DNA from: Amoebidium appalachense
Lineage: Eukaryota; Protista; Ichthyosporea
Direction: 5' to 3'
Assembly (NCBI GenBank): GCA_963693365.1
Contig: CAVNZM010000002.1
Span: 7,904,454 to 7,968,453, forward strand
Length of the DNA stretch: 64,000 nt
Position numbers and translations under genes: made by a program. This document shows positions 37,634 through 50,707 of this stretch, in pieces. Positions within the stretch are counted from its first letter, which is position 1; every line of letters begins with the position of its first letter. The notes beneath the pieces are model-generated. The model saw only the letters and a list, made by a program, of their open reading frames with translations. It made no database searches and was not told the DNA's origin.

Positions 37634-38191
37634 CTCTCTCCCTCTAAGAGCGCGAGCGCGTGCGCCGTTCCCCCCCCCCCCCCCCCCCCCTCTCTCCCCC
37701 TCTCTCCCCCCCCCCCCCCCTCCGCCCCCCCCCCCCCCCCCCTCTTTCCCTCTCTCCCCCCCTCCCCCCCCCCCCCCTCTCTCTTTCTCCAGTGACGTTG
37801 TACATGTATTCTTAGTGTTCTATACCAATAGTTTTTCTGTAGAACCTCTCGTACTGGTGAGTACTGAGCTAGGTGTGCATATTATCGTGTTGGGTGCCCT
37901 CCCTGAATATCTGGCTTTTCCACATGTTAAGGTGTTTTCTCTCTCTTCTTTTTTTCCTTTTTTGGAGATTTGATGTAGTGAAGCAGCTTTAGGGGAGACG
38001 TTCTTGACAGAGATGAGAGTGTGGTTTAGGGAATCATATGCAGAAAGTGACGTGGAAAACACCGGGTGTAATATTTTCTTGAATTCGGGTGACAAAGAAC
38101 ACACGATAACACACAAAGGTATAATTATGATATACCACAAATACTACTGGTTGCATGATCTGGTTTCATATATATCGCGGCATCAATGCCC

Positions 38192-38222
<31 letters not shown>

Positions 38223-38447
38223 GCCGGGCCTGCCCTGCACCGCCACCGCCCTCCTTTAAATTTCCAAGTGCATCCGCCCACCCCTGCCCCTCAACTCTCA
38301 TAGAAGCTCCCGTGATGAAGGTACGTGTCATAAAGAGTGGCTCTTGTGGAAAACCTTTCGCCCGTTTCCCTTTTTTTCTCTTTCCAGCTTTCTTTCGAGA
38401 CCTCCTTGTCTTTTTCTTTTTTTTTTTTCTTTTGGTGGTGGTGGTGG

Positions 38448-38482
<35 letters not shown>

Positions 38483-39270
38483 AGGGGGAGCCCGAAGTGT
38501 CATTATACTTAATACTTTACCACGACCCACTGCTGGTAACCAACACACTCCCCCCCCCCCCCCCCCACCCCCACCCCCACCCCACCCCACCCCCTCCCAA
38601 AAAACACATGCACACATGCACACACACACACACACACACACGACCACGTGTGGTGATGGCATATCTGCATTCAGAGCTCATATATTAAATTTTAACCAAA
38701 TTTTATTGCTTCACGACCATTGGTCCTCACATCGTGGGACCATTGGTCCTCACATCGTGGTCGGTCCCCAGCGCCAGTCACCTGATCTAACCCCCGAGTT
38801 GGCACAGCCGTACAGGCCAACACACAATGACACACATACCAGCTGGTCACATGATATGTATAAGCAGTAATTTGAAGGAGGAAAAAGAAAGAAAGAAAGA
38901 AAGAAACAGGAGTGGCCGGAAACTTGACGCCTAGGGACGACCACACCAATAAATCACATTATCATACGTGGTCCTTGTAACAGTCCTCCAACTAAACTAG
39001 CAAATAATCTGCCGATAATCTGCAATGCGCGTATTCAAAACACCACGGGTCAGGTTTGCAAGTAATAAAAAAAACAAGTTTTGCGAAAAACAGGGAAAAC
39101 CCTGCAATGAAAATTGATCAAATTGTCACTTGAGAACAAAAAACCTCATGGCCACCGGAGCATCCAAGTCTGGAAAAGGGTTTTCTTTTAAAAAAAAAGA
39201 AAGCAAATGTAACAAAATGGGTATTTATCCCAAGAATCGTGCGCGCGTACCCCACCAGTCGACACTTCTA

Positions 39271-39310
<40 letters not shown>

Positions 39311-39319
39311 CCAAATCCC

Positions 39320-39876
39320 TCACACTAGCTCCATCACCCCACCCACCTTCCTATGGGCCCAAACATCGCCACCCCCATCCTCCATCTCCCCCCCATCATT
39401 CCCCCCCTCCACTCCCTCCATCTCTTCCCCATGCACACTCTCCCCCTCCTCCCCGCCATCCTCGTTTTCATCTTCAACCTCGGCAATGTAATCCTCATCC
39501 TCGTCACTGTCATCCTCCATACTGTCATCCTCCTCACCCACCCCAGCGTCCGTGTCCCTGAACACCACCCCGATCATACCCGTGTTGTATAGAAGGGCCT
39601 CGAGTCTCTGCACCTCGACGTTAATTTCGAGGTTGTCATCTTCGAGGTCTGGGTCTTGACCCTTTCGAGGTAGAGGGAAATTGGCTAGAAACACCCAGCA
39701 GCTCTGTGTGGGGAGGATTTTTTTTATATTTTTTTATTATTTATTTTTTTTTTGTTTTTTTTTTGGGGGGGGGGGGGGGAAGGGGGAGGGTTGGGTGGAG
39801 GCTGAAGGGGAAGAGGGGGGAAGGGGAGGGGGGGGGGGGGGGGGGGGAGGGGGAGGGGAGGATGGAAGAGAGGGAG

Positions 39877-39950
<74 letters not shown>

Positions 39951-40786
39951 GGGGGGGAGGGAGGGAGGGAGGGAGGGAGGGAGGGAGGGAGGGAGGGAGG
40001 GAGGGAGGGAGGGAGGGAGGGAGGGAGGGAGGGAGGGAGGGAGGGAGGGAGGGAGGGAGGGAGGGAGGGAGAGAGAGAGAGGGTGTGTGTGTATGTGTAT
40101 GTGAGTGTGAGTGTGCGTGTGTGTGTGTGTGTGCGCAGGTGAATTCGATTGTTTATGTATGTGTTTGCGAAATGAAGATAGTGTGGGGGTTAGCGAATGG
40201 CCAAAAATGACTAGCAATAACACTGGTCCCAATGAACCAATCACCAATCACTTAAGGAATAAAGATTCAATTATTCAATACAGACTACGTACCCCGGCAG
40301 ACTACTGAACAGCTAACTGCGTGCAGACTTGCAATCTGAAATGACGTCACATTAAATTATTGATTATTTCCTATCCGTTATAGTAGTAAATATTTCGACG
40401 TCATTTCAGATTGAAAACCGCCCGGCAGTCAGCTAACCTCGGTAGTTTGCCAGGGTACGTAGTCTGTATACGCCCAATCAAATCGATGTAGTATTGGAAC
40501 AACCACACCATCATGGATGCACATTCAGACACGTGACACAAAAAAAACATGCACAAACTTGCACACACACACAGACAAACAGGCACATCCAACTATATAC
40601 GTCAAAAAAAGTGCCCAAGGCATGCGCATGTAAATGTACACATGGGGGCATGCACACACATGTACCCCCCTTCCCCACCCACACACACACCCACCCACCA
40701 ACTACCCCCCCCCCCCCCCCCCAAAAAAAAAAAAAAAAAAAAAAAACTCACACACCCACCCACCACCCAAACACACACCTCCACCC

Positions 40787-40846
<60 letters not shown>

Positions 40847-40965
40847 AGCCACCCACCCACCCACACCAACTCAACCCACACACCCACTCCCCTCCCCCCC
40901 CCCCCGCCCCAAAACCACCCACCCACACCAACTGAACCCACACACCCACACCCACTCCCCTCCCC

Positions 40966-41021
<56 letters not shown>

Positions 41022-41432
41022 ACCCACCCACCAACCCACCCACTCACCCACACACACACACACACACGTACCTGCATAAGAAACCCCCAGTTCTTGTGCC
41101 GTGTGACATGGTTGGTGGGGAAGTCGTTGATGCGCACAAACGAACCCAAAGGCCCCTTGCGACCACACGATGTCGGAACAAAACGCCTGTGAAAGAAAAA
41201 GAGGGAGAAAAAGGAAACAGAGAAAAAAGAAGAAGGGAGGAAAAGAAAAAGAGAGTGGGAGGGTGAGAAACAACGAGATATGAGGAAATGAAAACGGGGG
41301 GGGGGGGGGGGGGGGGGAGGGGGGAGGGGGGAGACACGAGAGAGAGAGAGAGGAAACAGAGAGAGAGGGACAAAGGGGAAAAGATGGGCCGGAATAGAGG
41401 CTAAGGATGAACGGAGGGGCAGGAAGGTGAAA

Positions 41433-41464
<32 letters not shown>

Positions 41465-41792
41465 CTGATGGTCAGAGTGAGCAACCGGGCTAGGCATGCA
41501 CATTGAAAAAAAGCAGTGTCATAGATAAGTACAAACCTGCTAGCAAGGGGGATCGTATGAAAGACCAGAGCTGATCCCAAGCAACGGAAAGAGGGGGAGC
41601 ACGCTGGGGGGAGGAGGGGGGGGGGGGGGGGGGAGGGGGGGGGGGGGGGTTGAATGCATCATACATTACGAAGTACACACAAACAACATTCAACACGATG
41701 CAGAGTGCAAACCTCAAGGGTATATACAACAATAAGAGCCCATCCTCAGGGGGGCCCCACATCATCCACAGCACCCGAAGAAGGGGGGCGGG

Positions 41793-41828
<36 letters not shown>

Positions 41829-43761
41829 TCGGTCTGGGCTCACCAGTTGAAGTTGAAGGGCATGTCATTGCGGCAGTACGATCCATCGGGTTTGTAGCGT
41901 ACCACCGTGGCAGGCTCACCCAGCCACCTGTTAAAATGTTAGCTTTAATTTTTTAAAACCAATTTTTGTAAACAACCAATTTTTAACAATGATTTGTGAT
42001 GAGAATATGTTTCATAAATGTGTCTGAGACGCGAACAAAATGGCCAAAAAAAAACAACACCCAACCACCTACAAATGGTTAAATCCCATCCAACCACGCA
42101 CCTACCAATGATTAAAATGTTTAACCCCCACCCGATGCCTACCAAAAGGTGTTTAACCTACACCCAACCACCTGCCAAGGGTCGTTTCCAGTCCAAAAAC
42201 CCCACCCAACCACTAAAACTCCAGCTCACCCAACCACTAAAACCTCACCAAATGACTATAACCCCGCCCTATTACCTGCCCAGAGTCCTAATCTCACCCA
42301 ATCCGGATTTTCCCGATCCAAAGGCCCGACCGCACCACCTACAATGCTTGCACCGTCTTTCCGCACCAATCGGAGCAAGGCAGGCCTTTGGAATGCGATT
42401 GGCTGGCAGTTTGACTCTGTCAATTTCTGAGCGAAGCAAACGATTCCTATATAGGTTCCCCATTACCGGCCAATCATATGACTGCAAAATTCTGATTGGT
42501 GCAGAAAGACGGTGCAAGCACTGTACCAAGGTTCTTAAACCAACTTCCGTATCTACCATTTTAGCGCCTGGGCGACAAGCATCCATGAGCCACATTTCTC
42601 AGCTGGATCTGACCAATCAGTAGACGTTATCAATTTGTGTCAAATACCGAGGCTGGCTTATGTCGACACTGGACAAAGCTTGCCCTCAGTGGCCCCTCAC
42701 CTTGGCTATTTTCGCGCCATTTTCTGGGCACCTAAACGGCTACGTAAAAAAGAGGCCCAGAATGACTTCACCAAAGTGGCTTGCGGCCCAGACGCTAAAA
42801 TGGTAGATACGGACCTTGCTTTAAACCCCAACCCAGCCACACACCAAATAGGCCCAAATCCAACACTATTACATACCAAGGCTTCTTCAACCCCACCCAA
42901 ATACCCACCAATTAAGCCCAAAACCCCACCCACCCACTACCAAAGAGGTTCCAAAACCTCACCCAACCACCCCCTAAAAAGGTCTAAACCCCCCCCTCCC
43001 CTTCGCTCGCCAAAAACCACTTCCAACGGTAAACTCCCCCCATCATCCCGCCCCTCCACCCCCGCCAAAACCACCTTCAAATAAAACCCCTCCCCCCCCC
43101 CCCTCCCCCCCCCCCCCCCCTCCCCCCCCCCCCCCCCCCCCCTCCCCAAACCACCTACCAAGGGTCGTTTCTAGTCCACTGCTCGCCCGCATCCGCCTTG
43201 AACCTGAAGTACCACTCCATTGCACACAGTTCCTGCTTGGTGATGTGCTGTCTGCTGCCGTCAATCAGACTCAGTGCATACGCCTTCTTGGCCTGACCGG
43301 CTAGGCGTAAACGACGGTAGCGCTCGGGTACGTACACCTGTGTGTGTGTGTGTGTGTCGGGAAGGGAAGGGGGGGGGGGGGGGGAGTAGGTGTGGATAAG
43401 TGGGTGGGGGAGTGGGGGTGGATGCGTGAGTGCGAGGGTGGAGGGAGGGGGGGGAGGGGGGAGGGGGGAGGGGGGTTTTGTGAACGTGCACACACCACCG
43501 GTTACAGTTTGTGTATGTCAGGTGGGTGGGGGGGGGGGGGGGGGGGGGAGGGGGGAGGGGGGGAGGGTAAGCTAGAGAGCAGAAGAAGAGAAGGGAAGCG
43601 GGCGAGGTGCAAGCCCGGACGGGTGGGGTGTGTGTGTGTGTATGTGGGGGGGGGGGGGGGGGGGGGGGGGGGATTTGACATCATTTGAGTATCGTGACTG
43701 TGTGGTGTTCATGTTTCTGCTGACGTGTTCATTTGGTATGTGTAGGTGGGAGGTGTCACCT

Positions 43762-43792
<31 letters not shown>

Positions 43793-43795
43793 CCC

Positions 43796-43826
<31 letters not shown>

Positions 43827-44264
43827 ACAAGAAAAGAAAAAGAAAAAGAAAAAAAACCACCTCCCACACACACAAAACAACCCAGCCAACCACCTATCGC
43901 TCTGCTGCCACCACACCACAAGAGGGGGAAAAAAAGGGGGGGAGGGGGGAGGGGGGGGGGGGGGACGTAGTCTGTGTGCAAGACACGAGAAAAAAAAAGT
44001 GGCAGAGCAAAAGACTGACAGAATAAAAAAAAAGAACGAAAGAAACGTAGAAAAAGAAAGCAAGCAAGAAAGAAATAAACGAACAACTCAAAAGCAACTA
44101 AGCAACATTTCCACACACGAACACACACAGGCACACAACGCAAGCACATACACTCGACATGAAGATGTGCGCCTGTGCGAGTGTTGAGGCTCTCGTGCGT
44201 GTGCCTGTGTGTGTGCATGCATGCACACGTGTGTGGAGGTGGCGGTGATTGTGTGGTTGTGTGT

Positions 44265-44343
<79 letters not shown>

Positions 44344-44354
44344 CACGCGCGCGT

Positions 44355-44403
<49 letters not shown>

Positions 44404-44819
44404 CGCGCGAGCGCGCGCGAGTGTGCGTGTGCGTGTGTGTGTTTGGAGAAGGCGGGGGTTGGGTGGAATGAGGGGGTAGAGGGCAAATACTCCACCTTGT
44501 CAGCCCACAGCTGTGCGCACATTTTGTCCCACAGAAGGTTGTCCTCGGCTACACGCCGCCATCCCTTGCACGCCTAGAAGGCAAGTGTGAATGTCCAACA
44601 ACATAATACGTATGTATCCTCCCCCACCTTCTCCCCCCCTCCCCCCCCCAGCAACAAACCCCCCTCCCCCCCCCCCCCCCAAACCTGGTATGTCGTCGAA
44701 GGCAGCGCATGTTGGGTGACGGCGGAAGAGGAGACATGGCCTACCAGGTATGTGGCATGAGACAGGAAGACGACTTCTCCATTATTCATTTACTTACATA
44801 TATTACCCCCCCCCCCCCC

Positions 44820-44851
<32 letters not shown>

Positions 44852-45071
44852 GGAGGGAGGTTGGGGATCGGGGCGGGGGGGGAGGGGGGGGGGGGGGGGG
44901 GCTTGCGTTTGTGTATGGGTGAAAGGGCGGGAGGGGGGAGGGGGGCGGGGGGGGGGGGTTAATATAAGGTATAACATAGTAAGAAGTACACATTGACGAC
45001 GGACAACACGGTGCAGAATTTGAACAACACATACAAAGAGTGCTCACTATTTCATTATACACACAAACACA

Positions 45072-45139
<68 letters not shown>

Positions 45140-45175
45140 CTTATATATATGTGTGTGTTTGTTTTTTTACTTTTT

Positions 45176-45223
<48 letters not shown>

Positions 45224-45320
45224 GTCACACCAGACCGGCCGACAATATGTCCTTAGGGTCCGTTAGCATGCCGAGCACATGAGAGAATATCTCGACGGGA
45301 AACACAGTGGCTGGATCCAT
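39320..45320 (-). CDS. 6-exon F-box protein, 309 aa; exons 45320-45231, 44573-44496, 43337-43159, 41927-41844, 41186-41072, 39703-39320
   Basis: Spliced MDPATVFPVEIFSHVLGMLTDPKDILSAGL/ACKGWRRVAEDNLLWDKMC is an F-box. It is followed by DGSRQHITKQELCAMEWYFRFKADAGEQWTRNDPWW...YKPDGS...FVRINDFP...KNWGFLMQ and a D/E-rich tail. All junctions are GT-AG and in phase; total 930 nt. Confidence 0.9.
39880..40080. repeat. Compound (GA)n / poly-G / (GGGA)n microsatellite in F-box intron 5
   Basis: Directly visible. Confidence 0.95.
40281..40466. mobile_element. 186 bp fold-back MITE with TA target duplication, in F-box intron 5
   Basis: ta|CAGACTACGTACCCCGGCAGACTAC ... GTAGTTTGCCAGGGTACGTAGTCTG|ta (23/25 match), plus an inner perfect 17-bp inverted repeat caatctgaaatgacgtc at 40332 and ending at 40413. 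Confidence 0.88.
42342..42523. mobile_element. 182 bp MITE with TA target duplication, in F-box intron 3
   Basis: ta|CA(A/G)TGCTTGCACCGTCTTT(C)(C/T)GCACCAATC at both ends, ~30-bp TIR with 2 mismatches. Confidence 0.88.
42539..42820. mobile_element. 282 bp MITE flanked by TTAA (Kolobok-like termini), in F-box intron 3
   Basis: TTAA at 42535-38 and 42821-24. ~42-bp imperfect TIR with core tccgtatctaccattttagcg(c/t)ctgggc. Termini begin with A, not the CCY typical of piggyBac. Confidence 0.8.
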
Positions 45321-45720
45321 CTGAGAGGGAAAAAAAAAAAAAAAAAAAAAACGAAAAATCAGGCCTCGAATTTTCACTGTTGTAGTAGTAGTTGATAAAA
45401 GGTTTATAATCTTACTTTTATTGATGTGCCATGTTTCTTCCTGTCCTATGGGCCTTTATCTTAGACGCAGACCCGTGCACAACACGTAGTGTAATTAATC
45501 CCCCCCTCCCCCCCCCCCCCCCCCCATACACACACACACAAAAAAAAAACCGAACAACTGTTGTACACAAACTAACGTAAACCAATCTACATCTATGATA
45601 CATAACATGGATCTAACCTACACACAGTACCCCCAGGTAGATGCAGAGGGTTTTCACATCACTCGAACACCAACCGTGTTGATATGGACCCCAAAACACG
45701 GCGTAGAGAAGTCCTCTGCA

Positions 45721-45763
<43 letters not shown>

Positions 45764-47195
45764 TTCCCAACCACACTCTACCTCCGGCCCCTACTGGGCC
45801 TCCCTCCCTCCCTCCCTCCCTCCCTACTCGCCAACCTACCTCTCCCCGCCCTCTTCCCATAATCACGATACAATGGCCTCTCTCCCTCTTTGCATTCGAA
45901 GAATGCAAGTAGCAGCAACCCATTATGCCCACACGCAGTCAGTTAAGTGTGCCGTTGACCCAAAAACACAAACTAAGCAGAAAGCAGCAAGATGTGCAAG
46001 GGCACAATCAAGAGTTAACCAATTTGGTCATCGCCGTGCAGACGAAGAACCGCACACACATAGCCATAAAAGCCCTCCCCCCCCCCCCCCCCCTCCCCCC
46101 CTCCCCTCCCCCACCCCCCCCACACACACACACAAAGAAGCGATGGCACACACACACGTACACGGAGAGGTGGAAAACCACAACCAACACACGGACAAGT
46201 GCAGGCCCTTCAAGTCAGCAACAACAGGGGCCTTGCGGGATTACTAACGTCGCACACTAACGTCGCATGAAAACCTTGCCACTTACGCCTACTCGCAACC
46301 TACCTTTCTTTCGCCTTTCGATGTTGCCGCTTCAAAATTCTTCTAGTCCCCAAAAAAAACTTTCCTAATCAGGAAGGTTGGCCACACCCAAACGACAAAT
46401 CACAACCACGTTGGCCTAGAGCTGGTTTGGACTGTGAGTAGGTATAACAAAAGCCAAGTGGAAAAAGAAGCAGAAAGCTGTCGCAATCACAACAATATTT
46501 TTTGCGTTTTTTTTTTTCGCGCACAACTTTTTAGCCTTTTGGTGCATAAAACCCTCTCTCCCTTCGCTGCTGAAGTTCAAGACACAGGCTGTCACAGCAT
46601 TGAACTTGGATCCTTGCGAGCTCGTAAGCTTATGCGACCGTAAACGCGCATATCTGCCAAGAAACGTAACGATCAATGCAGGTAAAAGAGGTAAAAACAC
46701 TACACCGGAAATATTTTACCAACATGGGCAAACAAAACTAACACAGTGTTGTTTTTTTGTGTCTACAGTATCTCCGCCCACACTCCCGGTGAAGAAAGGG
46801 CGCTGTTTGGCATCGCCCTGAGCCGGGTGGCTCACGCAATCGGTGATCACACAGCCGCGGATAAGAATATCTTTTTACTCTACGTGTTGAGTCCCTTCCG
46901 GTGTTAGGACCGCACAAACACCAACTACTAGTAGCCTATATGGCGGATACGGTTAGAGAGTCTCGTTCATACATAGATTCGTTTATTCGTAATGTGGTGT
47001 GGTGTAAAAACGCAAAGATGATTATGGCTTGGCGGTGTAATCGGTTTCTGGTGTCTCCTGCTCGTATGTGTAATATGTGTGGGGGGCGGTTTACTCGCGG
47101 CTGCATATCTATCAATAAATGCAACCTGTTAGCTAATGTATTAGAACCGGAGGTTATTGGCGGTTTTATTCTCTTTTCTTCATCTCTTCCTCAAT

Positions 47196-47478
47196 ATATC
47201 CGTTTTAAGATGACTATCCTAGATCACCTTATTAATGCTGCACAGTATGATATTGTGATCCGGTGCCTTAACTTTCTGTCGGAGCTACCGATGCTAGCAT
47301 CTGCTTACCCATAATATGTAATAGGGGTGTCAGATCCTACGATGGCGCTCATTGTTGCCTAGCATGTACATATGTCACTGGCTGCATTTGATTGGCTGTG
47401 CTGGAAAACGCAGTAGGCCGTCGAAGGTGGCTGGGCCTCCGGCAATGTCCACGCAATAAAAAGTGTGTAAACCCCATA
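47196..47478. repeat. ~280 bp dispersed repeat, copy B (copy A at 16805-17069)
   Basis: Collinear high similarity with copy A, same orientation. Confidence 0.9.
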
Positions 47479-48330
47479 GCATAACAACACAGAACAAAAC
47501 TAAAAACGAACGAGAATTTTAAGAAACAATGACGACATGTTGGGGGTTGGCGGATAAGTAAACGAAGCGAAAAATGCACACCGTGGTTATCCTACTCAGT
47601 GAATATTTAATCAAAAAAATGACGTCTGAATCACCCAGGCACAAATGTGATGAAGATCCGTAACGGTTTCCAATCATGGGAAGGAGTTTCACTCGTCCAC
47701 TTGATGTGGGAGCAAGGACGGCTTACCCCGACGGACAGTAAAAGATACAATAAGGGGCCAGTGAAAGGCCATAAGGGTTCCGCATGCCTTTTTAAAAATG
47801 AATTGGTGAGGGATCCGGTAAAGAATGAAGGGTCGGGGGGAAGGGGGGAGGGGGGGGGGGGGGGAGTGTGAGGAGGGGGCGAGAGGGGGTGTGTCTCCAG
47901 AGGAGGAGGAGATGAAGAAAGTGAGGCATGCATGCCTCGACAGGTGAACGTAGTACGAGGTGCCAGACACAGCACACCAACCGGTGGTGTGGGTGAGAAC
48001 TTTATTATTCAGACGTAAGATGTTGCCACCAGAGTCGGAAAGTGCTGATTATCATATTAGCTGTTACCTGTAGCTGTGGTCTTGCTCCGGTGACAAGGAG
48101 CCTACACGTAGATTTCCAACATAGTATGTTTTTATTTGGATATAGGCTTCATGTCAATATTCATATTTTTAATGGCTCGCAGCACCAAGTCGGCTCAGCC
48201 GAAGATACATACCACTCTGCACGGTGATTTCTAGAAAAACAAACCGGGGAAAACTAATTCCAGATATATCTACCAACATAATGTATGACTATATATATAT
48301 GTCCTCGACCACATATTTCCCAGCGTAGTA

Positions 48331-49116
48331 TTACTCGTGCTCCTCCTCCTCCTCCTCCCTCTCGTGATGGTCATGGTGGTGGCGGCGCCAGGGGCCCAGC
48401 CCACCAAACACGGCCTTATAAGGGCAGCTAGAGTTAACAAAAACTACCCCCTCACAATCAGTGCCTTCCACACCACAGAAACCAACCTTAAACCCATGTG
48501 CCCACCCAAACTGCTCTCCGAAGGGTTTAGCAGCATCAGCAGGACGGTGCGACTCAATAGCCTTTATAACTTCCACATAGAAAGGGTTGTCCTTGCGCAC
48601 GTCAAACATGTTAACGCTATTAGGAACGGGCATAGGAAGCTTCACAGATGCACCACCTTTGTTGTTGGACAGGAGCTCTTTTGCGTAAATCTCGCCCGCC
48701 ACCGCCCCGTTAGTCATCCCCGTGTTCAAGCCGTCCTTGAAGGCATGGTTGAAGGCGCAAACCTCGCGAACTGCATACCCAACATAGAAGGCAGTTGAGC
48801 CGACGAGGGCAAGTGTGCCGAAAACAAAAGACACGATAACGAACTTGCGTGCCCAAGAGGAGTGCTTGTATGCCTCGCGGTATTTTCCAGCCTTGTTGGC
48901 GCAGTGTGCCCTCATACTGAAGTAGAGACCGGCAAGCCCGGCCGGGAAGCAGCAGCAAAGGGTTGCAAGGATAGACTTGAAAACGTGTGTTTTGGCGGGG
49001 CCATCTCCGGTTTCCGAAGTGTAGTTGGGGTCCGATTCGGCGTACTCGGGAAGGGTGGTGGAGGGAGGGGGAGCCTCGACGTCTCCCATAAGTTTGGTGT
49101 ACTTTCCTTCGCTCAT
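48331..49116 (-). CDS. CD225/dispanin (IFITM-like) membrane protein with C-terminal extension, intronless, 261 aa
   Basis: ATG at 49116 (MSEGKY). KTHVFKSILATLCCCFPAGLAGLYFSMRAHCANKAGKYREAYKHSSWARKFVIVSFVFG matches the CD225 pattern (CC-x-P-x-G...S...G-x3-A-x3-S-x2-A followed by a TM helix). Confidence 0.9.
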   Translation of the reverse strand: MSEGKYTKLMGDVEAPPPSTTLPEYAESDPNYTSETGDGPAKTHVFKSILATLCCCFPAGLAGLYFSMRAHCANKAGKYREAYKHSSWARKFVIVSFVFGTLALVGSTAFYVGYAVREVCAFNHAFKDGLNTGMTNGAVAGEIYAKELLSNNKGGASVKLPMPVPNSVNMFDVRKDNPFYVEVIKAIESHRPADAAKPFGEQFGWAHGFKVGFCGVEGTDCEGVVFVNSSCPYKAVFGGLGPWRRHHHDHHEREEEEEEHE

Positions 49117-49929
49117 TCTGTCTGTCTGTCTGTCTTTTTTTGACGGCTTTAGTTTGGAGATTTCGTTTTCTGACGTTTGTGAATTGACTTGATAGGCCGA
49201 GAATGGCTCTATATATACCTGGTGGCTTTTGAAGGTCAGGGTTGGGCTGGGGTTCGCCAGCATCGCCCTTTGGCCAATCGTAACGGACAATTTCTTAATC
49301 GTAACGGGTGGGTTCTTGGGGAGCTGCAAGCCCCGCCTAAAACGCCCCTCCAGTCGCAAAGCTCAAAATACGTATTTTTACAAATTGAGTACCGCAAGAT
49401 TACAAGCCCTGGAAACTTATCGGGGCTCGATATTGCACATGAGATGCGCTGTAGATATGTTCTTGGGGGGGGAATGTGCTGTTCTTGAAAAGAAACATTG
49501 AAAAATAGGGAAAATTACATATTCAAGCGTTTATAATGCTACACACCTGATACGAAAGCTGTTACGACGGTACCCTGACTTTATTCGTATCGGGGTCTCT
49601 CGTTAATCGTATATACGACGATTTTTTTCTCGTAATCCCTACCCTGTTGAAGGTAGAATACTGATTGGCTTAATATGCACCATTACATTAATGTGATTGG
49701 TCAAGATCGATTCATGGGAATGTTGACGTAAGCAGATTATAAGGTTTCCTATTGGCCATAGCCAAAAAGCAATTCCCACATATGGCTATTAAGCTATCAG
49801 TTCGTTTCGTCTAGAATGACCTCATGTCTTACCATGTTTAATTTTATTTTCGCTTTTATGATTTGTCAGATGCTCCGTGACTGAGCCGCCCCGTTTGACG
49901 TCATGGGTGAGTTTGTGTTTGCCTTTTTG

Positions 49930-50050
49930 TTTTTGTCGACCGTGGTCCCAAAAGGGCAAACGAGGTGCCCGTTTAGGCAGAAAAGACCAAGCAACGTTGT
50001 GTTTCGGTCGACCCAAAAGGGCATAAGGGGTGCCCGCGTAGGCAGAAGAC
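49930..50050. repeat. ~50 bp imperfect direct repeat in the divergent CD225/PhzF intergenic region
   Basis: gtcgacc...caaaagggca.a.g.ggtgcccg..taggcagaa occurs twice. Nearby are TGACGTCA (49896) and several ATTGG/CCAAT boxes. Confidence 0.65.
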
Positions 50051-50590
50051 TAATAGTTTGAGCATAGATCTGCACCTTCAAAGGTAGGTTGGTTTTGGTT
50101 GGTCACAGCTCACGCGTATAGTTCCCTTGAAGATCTGTTTTTTTGGTCGCCTGGAGTGGTAACAAGTAGCAAGTTGGATCCCTCAGTTTGATGGTAAGGT
50201 CTTCACCCTGCAATCATAGTTCGAGGAATGCGTTCATGCTATAAATTGGTTATACGCAGTGCTTTCGCTAAACATCTGGAGGATCCAGCCTGCCCATACT
50301 TCCTGCTCAGAAAGACACACAACCCCTCCCCCTTATAGTCTGAGCTATCTTTCTCTCTTTCTTTGTCTTTCTCCGAGTCTCTCGCTCGCGCTCTCTCCCT
50401 CCTCTCCCTCTCTCTCTCTCTCCACCCCCCCATCTCTCTCTCTCTCGCTTTCTCTTTCTCTCTCCCCCTCCCCCCCCTGCCTCCCTCAGGCTCCCTACCT
50501 CTCCCTTTTGCCCGCTCGCTCTCCTCTCTATTTCTCGCTCTCTCTCTCTTCTCTCTCTCTCTCTCTTCCTCCCTCACACATACACACACA

Positions 50591-50707
<117 letters not shown>

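Noticed and set aside
38715-38761. 23-bp tandem duplication gaccattggtcctcacatcgtgg (similar small duplications at 18480/18845 and 60605/60720)
   Set aside because: Ordinary local duplications with no further structure.
44685-44789. ATG-initiated segment MNNGEVVFL...TTYQ|gt as the first F-box exon
   Set aside because: It does not supply the F-box N-terminal half, whereas 45320-45231 does. It could at most be an alternative first exon, with no supporting evidence.
46820-46860. gccgggtggctcacgc resembling an SRP/Alu 5' end
   Set aside because: The match is too short and no downstream SRP helices are recognisable.
46901-47314. 137-aa plus-strand ORF
   Set aside because: GTG start, no motif, and its 3' part is the dispersed repeat, whose other copy has indels.
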